DNA of 64,000 bases from an uncultured Alphaproteobacteria bacterium (GCA_944391495.1 CALXTU010000002.1:211736-275735); one strand, 5' to 3'. Positions 21,011-31,472 are shown, counted from the first letter of the stretch. The notes: generated by a model from the letters alone, not told the origin. Program-made: numbers and translations.

Positions 21011-22558
21011 ATGGAGTTCAACCGCAAAAAAATTCCGTCTTATCTGATGATCCTGACAATTATCGGCGTGGTTATCTTTTTTAACGTCATTTATTTTGAC
21101 TCCCATATTTCCGCCAACGATGCCAGCATCGTCGACTATGCCTTAAGCGACGATGACATTAACCCGGTGCGCGAAACGGCCGTTGCCGGCCTGTTTTATC
21201 CGGCGGACGTTTATCAGCTGGACAAAGACCTGGACGGTTATCTTGAACATGCAGCGGCGGATTTGAGCGGCCGGCCGCATATTATGATTGTGCCGCACGC
21301 CGGGTATCAGTATTCGGCACAGGTGGCGGCGCAGGCCTATAAACGGCTGCAGCCGTTCAAAAAACAAATCCGCCGGGTGTTTTTGCTGGGGCCGTCGCAC
21401 CGGACGGCGGTTAACGGCGTTGCGCTGCCTGCCGCCAAAGTTTTCAAGACACCGCTGGGAGCCGTGCGCACCGATACGGAAATTATGAACGAGCTGAAAA
21501 AAAATCCGCTGTTTGTCGTCAGCGCCGCCGCTCATAAAGACGAACACGCCCTGGAAGTGCAGCTGCCGTTTTTGCAAAAAACGCTTGATAAATTTAGTAT
21601 TATTCCGCTGCTTTACGGTCGGGCGGAGCCGGAAAAAATCGCCGCGGCGCTGGCGCCGTTTTTGCAAGACGATGCAACTCTTCTGGTGATTTCGGCCGAT
21701 TTATCGCATTATCTGAATTATGATGAGGCCAAAGAAGCCGATGCCCGTACGGCCGAGCAAATTAAAAATTCCGAGGCCATCAACCATCACCAATCCTGCG
21801 GCGCCACGGCCGTAAACACGGCAATGATTCTGGCGCGCAAATCCGGTTTGGTGCCGCGGCTTTTGGATATGGTCAATTCGGGAGACACTTCCGGTGACAA
21901 ACAGCGGGTCGTCGGTTACGGTGCCTGGGTTTATCAGGAAGCGGCTGAGGCCGAACCGACGGGTATTGAGCTGGAGCAAAAACATTTGCAGAATTTTGCC
22001 CGCCACAACCGGGAAGCCCTGCTTGAAATCGTGCGCTCAAGTCTGGAGGCGGCCGTGCTCAGAAATGAAATCATTCATCCGAAGCGCAGCAATTTTGATG
22101 ATGTTTTGTTTGACAAAGGCGCGTCTTTCGTCACCTTAAAAAAGAACGGCCGGCTGCGCGGCTGCATCGGTTCCGTAACGGCCAACAAGGCTATTGCCGC
22201 CGATTTGGCCGACAACGCTTATGCCGCGGCGCTGCATGATCCCCGTTTTAAACCGGTAACGCCGGAAGAACTGCCGGAGATAGACTTCAGTATTGCCCTG
22301 CTGACTGATTTTGAAGAGATGGATTTTAATTCCTATGCCGACTTATTATCTAAAATAAAGCCCGGCATTGACGGGTTGCTGCTGCGCGACGGCGAACGCG
22401 AAGGCGTCTTTCTGCCGGCGGTGTGGGAAACTCTGCCCGACAAAGAGGAATTTGTCACCCAGCTCAAAATAAAGGCCGGCTTGAGCCCGACTTACTGGGC
22501 CGACAGGGTTAAAGTTTTTCGTTTCAGAACCGTGGAGATAACAGATGACAATGATTAA
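21011..22558 (+). CDS. fusion of MEMO1-family (AmmeMemoRadiSam system protein B) and AMMECR1 (protein A) domains, with an N-terminal TM anchor
   Basis: The aaggag SD precedes the ATG at 21011. A TM helix (SYLMILTIIGVVIFF) is followed by a Memo region (IMIVPHAGYQYS...LLGPSHR) and a C-terminal AMMECR1 motif (GRLRGCIGS). Confidence 0.75.
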   Translation: MEFNRKKIPSYLMILTIIGVVIFFNVIYFDSHISANDASIVDYALSDDDINPVRETAVAGLFYPADVYQLDKDLDGYLEHAAADLSGRPHIMIVPHAGYQYSAQVAAQAYKRLQPFKKQIRRVFLLGPSHRTAVNGVALPAAKVFKTPLGAVRTDTEIMNELKKNPLFVVSAAAHKDEHALEVQLPFLQKTLDKFSIIPLLYGRAEPEKIAAALAPFLQDDATLLVISADLSHYLNYDEAKEADARTAEQIKNSEAINHHQSCGATAVNTAMILARKSGLVPRLLDMVNSGDTSGDKQRVVGYGAWVYQEAAEAEPTGIELEQKHLQNFARHNREALLEIVRSSLEAAVLRNEIIHPKRSNFDDVLFDKGASFVTLKKNGRLRGCIGSVTANKAIAADLADNAYAAALHDPRFKPVTPEELPEIDFSIALLTDFEEMDFNSYADLLSKIKPGIDGLLLRDGEREGVFLPAVWETLPDKEEFVTQLKIKAGLSPTYWADRVKVFRFRTVEITDDND

Positions 22559-24260
22559 CGGATATGAAATTGCCTTAAGCGAAGATAAGCTTGAGCACAT
22601 CATCAAAGACCAGATGATGCCGGTTGAAATGGTCGGACCGGAATTTGACGGCTACAAAAAGCTGGCCGAAGGCGACAAAAAGGCTCTGGCACATCTGACG
22701 GCGGCCGCGCGGATTATCAACGACGTGGCGCTGGAACAGGATCACCCGCTGAACCGCTTTTTCAAAAAAGGGCTGGAAGATGCCGCCGATACCGATACTC
22801 ATGCCGCCAAAGCGCTTAAACTGTTCAACTCGCTGAACGGTGTGGCCGGGCTTAACGGCATTGATCCGGAGCCTGTGGAAATTTTTGCCGGCGTTCACGG
22901 ATTCAAAGGACACAATTTTTATCCGACGGACCTTGGTGTTGACGAATTTCACACCATTCTGCAAAAAATGCTGGAACGCGGCAAAGACGACAAGGTGCGC
23001 AAAATCGTTTCGGCGCGGACGATGGTGCGGCGGGACGGCGACGAGCTTAAAGGCATTGACTATACCGTTTATTTTGCTCCCGAATTTGCCAAGATAGCCA
23101 ACGAACTTGAGGTGGCGGCACATTATTCGACCAACAAGGCGTTTAACGATTATCTCGGCTGGCAGGCGCAGGCTCTGTTGCAAAACAACGAGGATATGGA
23201 TATGCTGGCCGACAAGCACTGGGCGGTGTTGCAGGATACGCCTCTGGAATTTACGTTGTCGCACGAAAATTATGACGACGCCATGACACCGACGATTTTT
23301 GACAATCCGGCGCTGGCAGCTTTGCTGGAATCACGGAATATTTTGCCGGTGCCGAAAGATATGCTCGGCGCGCGGGTAGGCATTGTCAATAAAAAGGGCA
23401 CCGATTTAATCTTAACCTTCAAAGAACAGATGAGTAAGCTGGCCAAACTGATGCCGCTTCATGATAAATACGTGCAGAAAATAGAATCCGGCGACGAGGT
23501 CAAACAGACGATGGTCGACGTTGATCTGGTCACCCTGCAGGGTGACTACGCGCAGTGCCGCGGCGGTATCACCACCGCACAAAATCTGCCCAATGACGAC
23601 AAGCTTGCGGTCAGAACCGGCGGCGGACGGCGCAACGTTTATCACCGGCAGGTCAGAATGTCGGCAGACAAAGAACGCACCAGAAAAATGCTGGACAAAC
23701 TGCTGGACAAGGAGTTTCACCGCTGGTTTGACGACGAGGCTGAACATATTTTTGTCATCGGGCATGAAAACGGCCACTCATTGGGACCGGACGCTTCTTA
23801 TAAAACGGCTCTCGGCATTTATCAGCATACGATTGAGGAGAACAAGGCCGACGTAGTTTCCATCGCGATGATGCCGCAATATGTCACGGCCGGCGTTATT
23901 GACGAAGAAACACTCAAAAAGGTTTATGTTACCTGGGGAATGCGTCTGCTGTTGAAAGCGCGGCCGCAGCCGGAACAGCCGCACCGCGTGGGCGACCTGA
24001 TACACTTTAACTATCTTTTGAAACACGGTGCCATTGCCGTAACGCCGGAAAACAAAATACGCTTTGATTTTGCCAAGTTTCCGGAAGTTATGCAAAAGAT
24101 TTTGCAGGAAACCATTGAGGTTCAGTTGTCAAAATCACCGGCACGGGCCAAAGCCTTTATCGACGAAAACACTGCCTGGGGCGAGCTGCACGAATATATC
24201 GCCAAAACGCTGCAAAGCCTCGGCATCAAGCCTTATAAAGACATCAGGACATATTTGTAA
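22545..24260 (+). CDS. putative M49-like (dipeptidyl-peptidase III-related) zinc metallopeptidase
   Basis: The product has VIGHENGH (HExxH) and a downstream EENKAD that resembles the M49 EEcRAE second motif. Its start overlaps the upstream ORF by 14 nt. Confidence 0.4.
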   Translation: MTMINGYEIALSEDKLEHIIKDQMMPVEMVGPEFDGYKKLAEGDKKALAHLTAAARIINDVALEQDHPLNRFFKKGLEDAADTDTHAAKALKLFNSLNGVAGLNGIDPEPVEIFAGVHGFKGHNFYPTDLGVDEFHTILQKMLERGKDDKVRKIVSARTMVRRDGDELKGIDYTVYFAPEFAKIANELEVAAHYSTNKAFNDYLGWQAQALLQNNEDMDMLADKHWAVLQDTPLEFTLSHENYDDAMTPTIFDNPALAALLESRNILPVPKDMLGARVGIVNKKGTDLILTFKEQMSKLAKLMPLHDKYVQKIESGDEVKQTMVDVDLVTLQGDYAQCRGGITTAQNLPNDDKLAVRTGGGRRNVYHRQVRMSADKERTRKMLDKLLDKEFHRWFDDEAEHIFVIGHENGHSLGPDASYKTALGIYQHTIEENKADVVSIAMMPQYVTAGVIDEETLKKVYVTWGMRLLLKARPQPEQPHRVGDLIHFNYLLKHGAIAVTPENKIRFDFAKFPEVMQKILQETIEVQLSKSPARAKAFIDENTAWGELHEYIAKTLQSLGIKPYKDIRTYL

Positions 24261-24261
24261 A

Positions 24262-25644
24262 ATGTATTATCCCTTAAAAGAAATTTTTGCCATCGGCATC
24301 GGCCCGTCAAGTTCTCATACCGTCGGGCCGCTGAAGGCAGCCAAAAGGTTTGCCGACAATCTGACAAAACGCAAGCTCATCAACCGCACGGTTCGTGTTA
24401 AAGTTGACCTCTACGGCTCGCTGGCGCTGACGGGTATCGGCCACGGAACGCTTAAGGCGATTGTTTTGGGGCTGATGGGGCTGACCGCGGAAACGGTTGA
24501 TCTGGAACAGCCGTATTTTACGGCAGTCAAACGCGACGGGATTTTGCATCTGGCTCAACAGAAGGCCATTGATTTTGATGTTGAACGGGATATGGTTCTG
24601 AACAAAAAAATCTTTCTTAAAGAACATTCCAACGGCATGAAATTCACCGCCTTTGACAAAAAGGGAAAAGAAATTTTAAGCGAGGTTTATTTTTCCATCG
24701 GCGGCGGCACTGTTTTGCGGCAGGATGAATTCGGCAGCCGGGAGAAACAGGTGATTTACAATGTGCCGCACCAGTTTGACAACTGTGCCGAGCTGCAGCA
24801 GATTTGCCGAAAATACGGCCTGAGTATGGCCGAGGTGGTATTGCAAAACGAGGTTTGCCTGCAGGAAGAAACGGCGGTTCTGGCTTATCTTGAAAAAATA
24901 CGTCAGGTTATGGAAAACGCCATCGAACGCGGCATGCACAAGCAGGGTATTCTGCCAGGCGGGCTGGAAGTCAGGCGGCGGGCGCCGGAAATTTATGAAC
25001 GGCTGCAGCAAAAGTTTTTGGACAATCAGCAAGACGGTTTGGAGGTTATTGACTGGATTAATCTGTGGGGTTTTGCCGGTGCCGAGGAAAACGCCGCCGG
25101 CGGTCGCGTGGTTACGGCCCCGACAATGGGATCGGCAGGAATTATGCCTTCGGTTTTGCGCTATTTTGAGCGCTTTGCTTCGCATAATTCGCCGTTTACG
25201 GTCAATGACGGCATTATCAAATTTCTGACCACCGCGGCGGCAATTTGTTCATTATACCGCACCAACGCCTCTATTTCCGGTGCCGAGGTCGGCTGTCAGG
25301 GAGAGGTCGGTGTTGCCTGCTCAATGGCTGCGGCCGGTCTGGCGGCGGCGATGGGCGGTTCCAACGAACAGGTTGAACAGGCGGCGGAAATTGCCATGGA
25401 ACATAATCTGGGGCTGACCTGTGATCCGGTCAACGGGCTGGTGCAGGTGCCGTGTATCGAACGCAACGCCATGGGCGCGGTCAAAGCGGTTAATTCCGCC
25501 AGGCTGGCCATGCGCGGCGACGGTAAACACGTCGTGTCGCTGGACAGCGTTATCAAAACCATGTATGCCACCGGCAAGGATATGAGCAACCGCTACAAGG
25601 AAACCTCTCTGGGCGGTTTGGCGGTGAATATCACAAATTGTTAG
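24262..25644 (+). CDS. sdaA: L-serine dehydratase, single-chain iron-sulfur type
   Basis: The N-terminus [23 protein letters not shown] is typical of SdaA. The ATG lies immediately after the upstream stop. Confidence 0.85.
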   Translation: MYYPLKEIFAIGIGPSSSHTVGPLKAAKRFADNLTKRKLINRTVRVKVDLYGSLALTGIGHGTLKAIVLGLMGLTAETVDLEQPYFTAVKRDGILHLAQQKAIDFDVERDMVLNKKIFLKEHSNGMKFTAFDKKGKEILSEVYFSIGGGTVLRQDEFGSREKQVIYNVPHQFDNCAELQQICRKYGLSMAEVVLQNEVCLQEETAVLAYLEKIRQVMENAIERGMHKQGILPGGLEVRRRAPEIYERLQQKFLDNQQDGLEVIDWINLWGFAGAEENAAGGRVVTAPTMGSAGIMPSVLRYFERFASHNSPFTVNDGIIKFLTTAAAICSLYRTNASISGAEVGCQGEVGVACSMAAAGLAAAMGGSNEQVEQAAEIAMEHNLGLTCDPVNGLVQVPCIERNAMGAVKAVNSARLAMRGDGKHVVSLDSVIKTMYATGKDMSNRYKETSLGGLAVNITNC

Positions 25645-25730
25645 AAACGTTGATTATTTGCTTGCAGAAAGAGCCCTTCAATATTAAAAAATAATAAAGG
25701 CTTTTGATTTTAATCCGGAAGAGAAAACTG

Positions 25731-26105
25731 ATGTTGACAAAACTTTTTAAAGGCGAATTGTCGCTCGGCGCAACTTTTTGGAAGTTTGGCATTCTGGGGC
25801 TGATTATTCTGCATTTTGCCCTGAGAATGTTTGCCTCATTGTTGGCCACACACCTTAAAGGGCGGACGATTTACGACTTTTTTATGCATCATTTTCATAT
25901 TGTCTATACCTCTAAGCTGAGTATTTTGTGGACATTGTGTTATATATCAACCTTTGCGGTTTTGGTTTTTTATTCTTACAAAATCATTATCGCCGTTTGG
26001 CGCTGCGCCGCGAATTATGATAAAAGCATTTGGCTGGCACAACTGGCGCGTATCGGCATTTTGCTGGCGGTGTTTTTGGTTTGGAGCCGGATATTGATGA
26101 GGTAA
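25731..26105 (+). CDS. hypothetical small membrane protein (4 TM)
   Basis: The ORF has low GC and a hydrophobic profile. Confidence 0.4.
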   Translation: MLTKLFKGELSLGATFWKFGILGLIILHFALRMFASLLATHLKGRTIYDFFMHHFHIVYTSKLSILWTLCYISTFAVLVFYSYKIIIAVWRCAANYDKSIWLAQLARIGILLAVFLVWSRILMR

Positions 26106-26108
26106 AAA

Positions 26109-26261
26109 ATGAAAAAACTGTTGATTGCGGTATTCATCATATTTTTAAGCGGTTGTATGCAAGTCGGCGAATTTTCGCCCGAAAGGCATGCCCAGCACGA
26201 GCTCGGCAGACCTGACTGTGAGGTAACACCGGAAAAATGTATTCACGGTGTGCCGTGGTGA
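26109..26261 (+). CDS. 50-aa lipoprotein (lipobox LSGC)
   Basis: The product reads MKKLLIAVFIIFLSGCMQVG...PDCEVTPEKCIHGVPW. A degraded copy of its 3' half lies at 30043-30135. Confidence 0.5.
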   Translation: MKKLLIAVFIIFLSGCMQVGEFSPERHAQHELGRPDCEVTPEKCIHGVPW

Positions 26262-26317
26262 TATAAATAAAAAACCGGAGCCACTGAGGGGCTCCGGGAA
26301 AAAGGTTTTTAATATTC

Positions 26318-29221
26318 TTAAAGTATACTGCCGACGAAGTAATTGACGGAGCCATTATAGTTTATGCTCCATACTCCGTTCTCGGCAATACCGGTGGCTT
26401 TCAAAGGTTCCGGGAAAGGTTCACCATTAATGGTTCCTTCCATAACACCAAGCCTCAGAGCCAAACCTCCTGCAAGATCATAGTAATCTATCCGATAATC
26501 AAGATCCGCATTGCTGCTTGTCTCATAATACATGGTGCCGATAACCCATGAAGCTCCCGTCCATACCCATGCAATCGAACGACCGGAAGACAAAATGCTC
26601 TGTCCCTCGGCTGCTGTCAGCTGGGTGGTGGTGAAACTTGTTTCATTCACACCGCGGGAATATACAACGTAACTTCCGTCGTTATTTCTCGCTAAGATGT
26701 GAAGGTCCGTACTCATTAATGAACGGCCCTGGTATGCGTCGGTAATCCACATACCCATAATTTCACCATTTATAATCTCTGCCTCGATATAATTTACCGG
26801 TACCGTGGCAGAGATTTCTTCTGTTTCATGCTCGAAAGTAATCGTTGCACTTCCTTCACCAAAGGTGATGGTGGCAACGTTTACTTCACATACCGGAGCC
26901 TCACTGCGGTAGTCATTTCCATCAAATACAATGGCTGAAACCTCTCTTGAGGAGAAGTTAACAGTTACATTATATCCTTCAACAACAGCGGTACCTGCGT
27001 TGAATTGGAATGACTGCCCCTTAACGGAAGCCGGTATGCTCGGCATACTATACACGAACCGGTTGGTCCATGTATAGTCTGCAGAAGCCTTTGAAGATGT
27101 TCCGTCAGACATGGTCGTCGTCTGAACGGCCTCATTGTCGCATACCACCGAAATGGTGTTGTTAGCGACAACCGCATTGCTGCGGAAGGCTACGTGACGG
27201 TAGTCACGGGCTACGTCCACCACCGTTACAGGCTCCTCATAAGGAACCACGGTGGCAGGGATAGTTACCTCAGCATAATCCTCGCTGTTGCTGTCGTAAA
27301 AACGAACAACAGCTTCAGAGGCTGATGTAAAGCTGATCGTACGGGCTGCGGCTTCGCAAGGAGTGATCTCGCTTGCGTAGTCTTTATCCTGGTACATTAC
27401 ACTTCCCTCAACCTCAGCAGACAAATGCTGAGCGGAGATTCTACTTCCGCACACGGTGACTTCACCGTTGACGAAGTCGTAGGTATTACCCACAACTGCG
27501 TCTTCCGCCGTTGCCTGTATCTCCGGTATGGAGGCAGAGAAACGGTTTCTAACGATGTAGTCCACGCTTTCCTCGTTCTGACGTGAGCTGTCGCTCATCA
27601 CCTGTACGAAATCCGCAACATTGTTGCAGAATACGTTGATGATGTTGTTTGACAGCTGCGCCTCACGCTGGAAAGCGATGTGGCGGTGTGCCCAGTCTAC
27701 GTGGTCCATCACCACCTTTTCGGTTTCGATGATGGACACAGACAATGTCAGCTCCGCATAATCTGAGGCCTTTTCGTCATAAAAGACGACGGTTGCCTCA
27801 GATGTTGAGTTGAAAGTAATGGTCTTTGGCTCAACCTCACAAGGAATAATTTCCCCGGTATAGTCTTTGCCGCGGTATTCTACTTTCCCCTCAATGGCAG
27901 AACTGATTGCCCTGAATGTCACCTGCTGCTGATTTACCACATTGGCCACGCCGTTGGCAAAGACAAAGGTCTTGCCGACAACCTCATTAAGGTTATCAAC
28001 CGTAATTACCGGAATATTAGCGGTAAACCGGTTAAGAACGACATAGTCAACCGTTTCGGCGTTGTGCTCGCTGCTGTCGGTGTAGATTTCAACGAAATCT
28101 GCAGCATTGTCGCAGAAAACATTGACGACACCGTCTACCAGCGTTGCCTGACGCTGAAACGCAATGTGGCGGTATGACCATTCTGTCCGGTCGTAAACCG
28201 GAACCGGCGTGCCGTCTATGGAAATTGTCAGTTCGGCATAGTCCGCCTCGTCCTCATCATAGAAGACGATGGTGGCGGCATTTTTGTTGAAGCTGATGGT
28301 TCTGGCCGCAACCGTGCAAGGGGTTATTTCCTCCGCATAGTTTTTGTCCTGATAAACCACCTCATCTTCAATACTTGCCGAAAGCCATTTGCAGGACAGC
28401 TCTTTGCCGGCCAGCTCGACAATACCGTCAATAAATTCAACGGTTGTGCCGTCGAGTTCGGCAATCTCTGTCTCACTTAGCGTCGGAGCGCTGAGTGATA
28501 AGAGGTTGTTGACGATATAGCCGGCTTTCTTCACGTTTTGCCTGGAGCCGTCAGACATCACCTCAGCGAATTCTGCAACATTATTGCAAAGTACGCTGAC
28601 AACGTTGTCTTTCAGTCCGGCATTACGCTGGAAAGCGATGTGGCGATATGCCCAGTCTATGTGGTCGACTGTCGGAGATACATACCCCTCCTCAACCACA
28701 AAGACCTGAGTTGCACCGGCGAGCTCTAACTCTCCGTAAGACAAGATATAATCTGTCTCGGAGAGTTCATAGAAAGCAGGCTCGCTGCTGCTTTCTACCA
28801 CATTGTGGTGGCCTAACACTGTCAGCTCAACCCCACAAGGTATCTCATAAGAGACGCCCTCGTAGGTGAACGGCATTGTCAGCCCTTCAACTGTGACTTC
28901 ATTGTTGATGTCATAGTTGTAGGCAAAAGTCAGAGTGTCCTCTGCGACTTTGCGAAGAGCTTCAGCAGCCTCAATACCTTCAGTTCCCGCAACACGAATT
29001 GAATCCTGAGCTTTAAGCCCAAAAGGACTATCCGCATAACCAAGGCTCAGGGAATCCGTTGAAAAAGCCTCTACAAATTCTGAATTGTCCGTCGGTAGGA
29101 AGTATCCTGGTATCCGACTTCTCTGAGGTAAGTTTTCCTCAATTTCCGTCAATGCACTTGTGCAAGACGCTGAGGTCATGACAGCTATCACGACCAACAA
29201 AATGTTGATTAAATTTTTCAT
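26318..29221 (-). CDS. large surface lipoprotein with four tandem repeats of about 165 aa
   Basis: The 967-aa product has a lipoprotein signal peptide (MKNLINILLVVIAVMTSASC). Repeat units begin W(A/S)(Y/H)RHIAFQR...NV(F/L)C(N/D)N and each contains conserved Cys. The repeats are also visible at nucleotide level over roughly 26950-28740. Confidence 0.8.
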   Translation of the reverse strand: MKNLINILLVVIAVMTSASCTSALTEIEENLPQRSRIPGYFLPTDNSEFVEAFSTDSLSLGYADSPFGLKAQDSIRVAGTEGIEAAEALRKVAEDTLTFAYNYDINNEVTVEGLTMPFTYEGVSYEIPCGVELTVLGHHNVVESSSEPAFYELSETDYILSYGELELAGATQVFVVEEGYVSPTVDHIDWAYRHIAFQRNAGLKDNVVSVLCNNVAEFAEVMSDGSRQNVKKAGYIVNNLLSLSAPTLSETEIAELDGTTVEFIDGIVELAGKELSCKWLSASIEDEVVYQDKNYAEEITPCTVAARTISFNKNAATIVFYDEDEADYAELTISIDGTPVPVYDRTEWSYRHIAFQRQATLVDGVVNVFCDNAADFVEIYTDSSEHNAETVDYVVLNRFTANIPVITVDNLNEVVGKTFVFANGVANVVNQQQVTFRAISSAIEGKVEYRGKDYTGEIIPCEVEPKTITFNSTSEATVVFYDEKASDYAELTLSVSIIETEKVVMDHVDWAHRHIAFQREAQLSNNIINVFCNNVADFVQVMSDSSRQNEESVDYIVRNRFSASIPEIQATAEDAVVGNTYDFVNGEVTVCGSRISAQHLSAEVEGSVMYQDKDYASEITPCEAAARTISFTSASEAVVRFYDSNSEDYAEVTIPATVVPYEEPVTVVDVARDYRHVAFRSNAVVANNTISVVCDNEAVQTTTMSDGTSSKASADYTWTNRFVYSMPSIPASVKGQSFQFNAGTAVVEGYNVTVNFSSREVSAIVFDGNDYRSEAPVCEVNVATITFGEGSATITFEHETEEISATVPVNYIEAEIINGEIMGMWITDAYQGRSLMSTDLHILARNNDGSYVVYSRGVNETSFTTTQLTAAEGQSILSSGRSIAWVWTGASWVIGTMYYETSSNADLDYRIDYYDLAGGLALRLGVMEGTINGEPFPEPLKATGIAENGVWSINYNGSVNYFVGSIL

Positions 29222-29639
29222 TGTTATTAATTTTTATTATTACTATTCAATTTACTATGACGTCACGCTAGAACGTCAAAAAAAAATATAATGACAGCCC
29301 TGTCGCATCAGGTGCGAAAGAGCCGAGAAAAAAACTTTGAGGCACAAACAAAAGAAAACTTTCTCTGGACTTTAAGAATATGAGAAAAAACGATAGAGGT
29401 TTAAACCATCACGAAAACGTTATTTCGTTTAATTAAAAACCCTTTTTTAAAATCCTCATAAATATAGAAAGAACGGTATCCAAAGATAATATTTGTGCAA
29501 TTTTAATATAGCATAAAAATGCCCTTGGCGCAAGTTTATTTTTCAGTGCCGATATCGTCTTCATATCTGATTTTTAATTATTTTTTAATCATTCGCTCCT
29601 ATTTTGACAAAATTTTTGTCTTAGTCATCCGAATCGGAA

Positions 29640-29935
29640 GAATTTTATTCATTTGTCATTCTGAGGAGCAAGGCGACGAAGAATCTATCCTGTCATGTTG
29701 AGCGGGAGCAAAACATCTAAGAGGAGATTCTTCGCTAACGCTCAGAATGACGGTGCACTGTACAGTCATGTTGAGCGAAAGCGAAACATCTCAGAGAGAA
29801 GAGATTCTTCGCTAGCGCTCAGAATGACGGTACACGCCCTCACCTGTCATGCCTCCGAACGAAGCGAGGATCAGGTATCTTCCTTGTTGTTATGAAATTT
29901 GAAGATCGCTTATCCTCGGCCTTACGGCCTCGGAG
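29640..29935. repeat. cluster of short modular palindromic repeat elements (REP/RPE-like)
   Basis: The units GTCATTCTGAGGAGCAAGGCGACGAAGAATCT and TGTCATGTTGAGCGnnAGCgAAACATCTcAGAgGAGATTCTTCGCTnnCGCTCAGAATGAC appear here. CCTGTCATGCCTCCGAAcGAAgcGAGGATCaGGtATCTTCC is also present. The same families recur at 49190-49870. Confidence 0.8.
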
Positions 29936-30042
29936 CGATGACATAATGCAAATCTGTCGAAATTTTTGAAAGACGGACGTTACGAACGCTGGTTCGGCAA
30001 GAGCCTCCAGAATAAACGGTCTGCCGTCTATAACAAAAAGCT

Positions 30043-30135
30043 GTGTTTCAGTCTGAAAGACACGCCCGGCATGAACTCGGTAAACCGGATTGTAATGTAA
30101 CCCCGGAAAAATGTATTCACGGTGTGCCATGGTAG
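30043..30135 (+). pseudogene. remnant copy of the small lipoprotein gene (3' half only, no signal peptide)
   Basis: The frame encodes ...ERHARHELGKPDCNVTPEKCIHGVPW, against ERHAQHELGRPDCEVTPEKCIHGVPW at 26109-26261. Confidence 0.4.
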
Positions 30136-30160
30136 TTAAAAGCCCCGTCGGATAACGGGG
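30132..30160. terminator. rho-independent terminator hairpin, the same 20-bp palindrome as at 18041-18060
   Basis: The sequence is aaaaGCCCCGTCGGATAACGGGGCtttcttgtt. Confidence 0.6.
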
Positions 30161-30422
30161 CTTTCTTGTTACAACAAAACCGCCTTAAAAGTTTAAGGCG
30201 GGGAGTTAGTAGCTGTATAAGAACAGTCCGGATTATTCGTCATACAAGTATGCTTATATCTCCGGCTCCCCATTAAAGGAGTTGTTCTTTCTTATAAAGG
30301 AGCTACTACACTCCGCCTTGGCAACTCGCCTCGGCAAAATCAAAGTTAAAGCAACTTTGGCAAATAAGCAAGCAAAAAATCCCCGGAAATTTCCGGGGAT
30401 TTTCAGTTGCCGGAGCTAAATT

Positions 30423-31472
30423 TTACAGCTCACCGGCAGCGTAACGCTTAGCCATTTCCGACATCGGAACCGGCTTAATCTTATCGGCATGACCGGCCGC
30501 ACCGAAAGCAATGTAGCGGGCCTCGCAAACCTTTTGCATTTCTTCAATCGCCGGTTTCAAATATTTGCGCGGGTCAAATTCTTTGGGGTTTTCGGCAAAG
30601 ATCTTGCGAATGGCACCGGTGATGGCCATACGGCAGTCGGTGTCGACATTAACCTTGCGAACACCGGATTTGATACCGCGGACAATTTCTTCAACCGGAA
30701 CACCGTAGGTCTGCGGAATGGCACCGCCATAGGCATTGATTAAATCCTGCAGCTCCTGCGGAACCGAAGACGAGCCGTGCATAACCATATGGGTGTTCGG
30801 CAGTTTTTGGTGAATTTTTTCAATCGTTTCAATCGACAAAATTTCGCCGTCCGGTTTGCGGGTAAATTTATAGGCGCCGTGCGACGTGCCGACGGCAACC
30901 GCCAAAGCATCAAGGTGGGTTTCGGCAACAAAACGGGCGGCCTCGTCAGGATCGGTTACCAAGCGTTTTTTGTCGATAACACCTTCAGCGCCGTGGCCGT
31001 CTTCTTTATCGCCTTTGCCGGTTTCCAGCGAACCGATAACACCCAGCTCGCCCTCAACCGAAGCACCAACGGCATGAGCGCGGGCAACAACTTCTTTGGT
31101 TACGCGGACATTGTATTCATAAGACGACGGGGTTTTGCCGTCCGCCTCCAGAGAGCCGTCCATCATAACCGACGAATAGCCGTTGACAATGGCCGACTGG
31201 CAGATGTCAACCGATGAACCGTGATCCTGGTGGATACAAATCGGCAGTTCGGGGAACATCTCAATACCGGCGGCAACCATATGACGAATCATCGGATCGC
31301 CGGCAAATTTGCGGGCACCGGTCGAGGTTTGCAGAATAACCGGCGCATTAACCTTACGCGCAGCCTGTAAAACCGCAATAACCTGCTCCATATCGTTGAT
31401 GTTGAAAGCCGGAACGCCGTAGCTGTTTTCGGCTGCGTGATCCAAAATCTGACGCATTGTAACTAAAGGCAT
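30423..31472 (-). CDS. fba: fructose-bisphosphate aldolase, class II
   Basis: The N-terminus MPLVTMRQILDHAAENSYGVPAFN, the Zn-ligand region and the 349-aa length match Calvin-cycle-subtype class II FBA. Confidence 0.85.
   Translation of the reverse strand: MPLVTMRQILDHAAENSYGVPAFNINDMEQVIAVLQAARKVNAPVILQTSTGARKFAGDPMIRHMVAAGIEMFPELPICIHQDHGSSVDICQSAIVNGYSSVMMDGSLEADGKTPSSYEYNVRVTKEVVARAHAVGASVEGELGVIGSLETGKGDKEDGHGAEGVIDKKRLVTDPDEAARFVAETHLDALAVAVGTSHGAYKFTRKPDGEILSIETIEKIHQKLPNTHMVMHGSSSVPQELQDLINAYGGAIPQTYGVPVEEIVRGIKSGVRKVNVDTDCRMAITGAIRKIFAENPKEFDPRKYLKPAIEEMQKVCEARYIAFGAAGHADKIKPVPMSEMAKRYAAGEL

Noticed and set aside
19769-21106. A 445-aa minus-strand ORF
   Set aside because: It is fully antisense to serS and has an Arg/Gly-rich composition typical of GC-rich shadow frames.
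29519-29895. Two short ORFs (60 and 66 aa) in the repeat block
   Set aside because: They are composed of palindromic repeat units with no RBS. They are more likely repeat-derived than coding.
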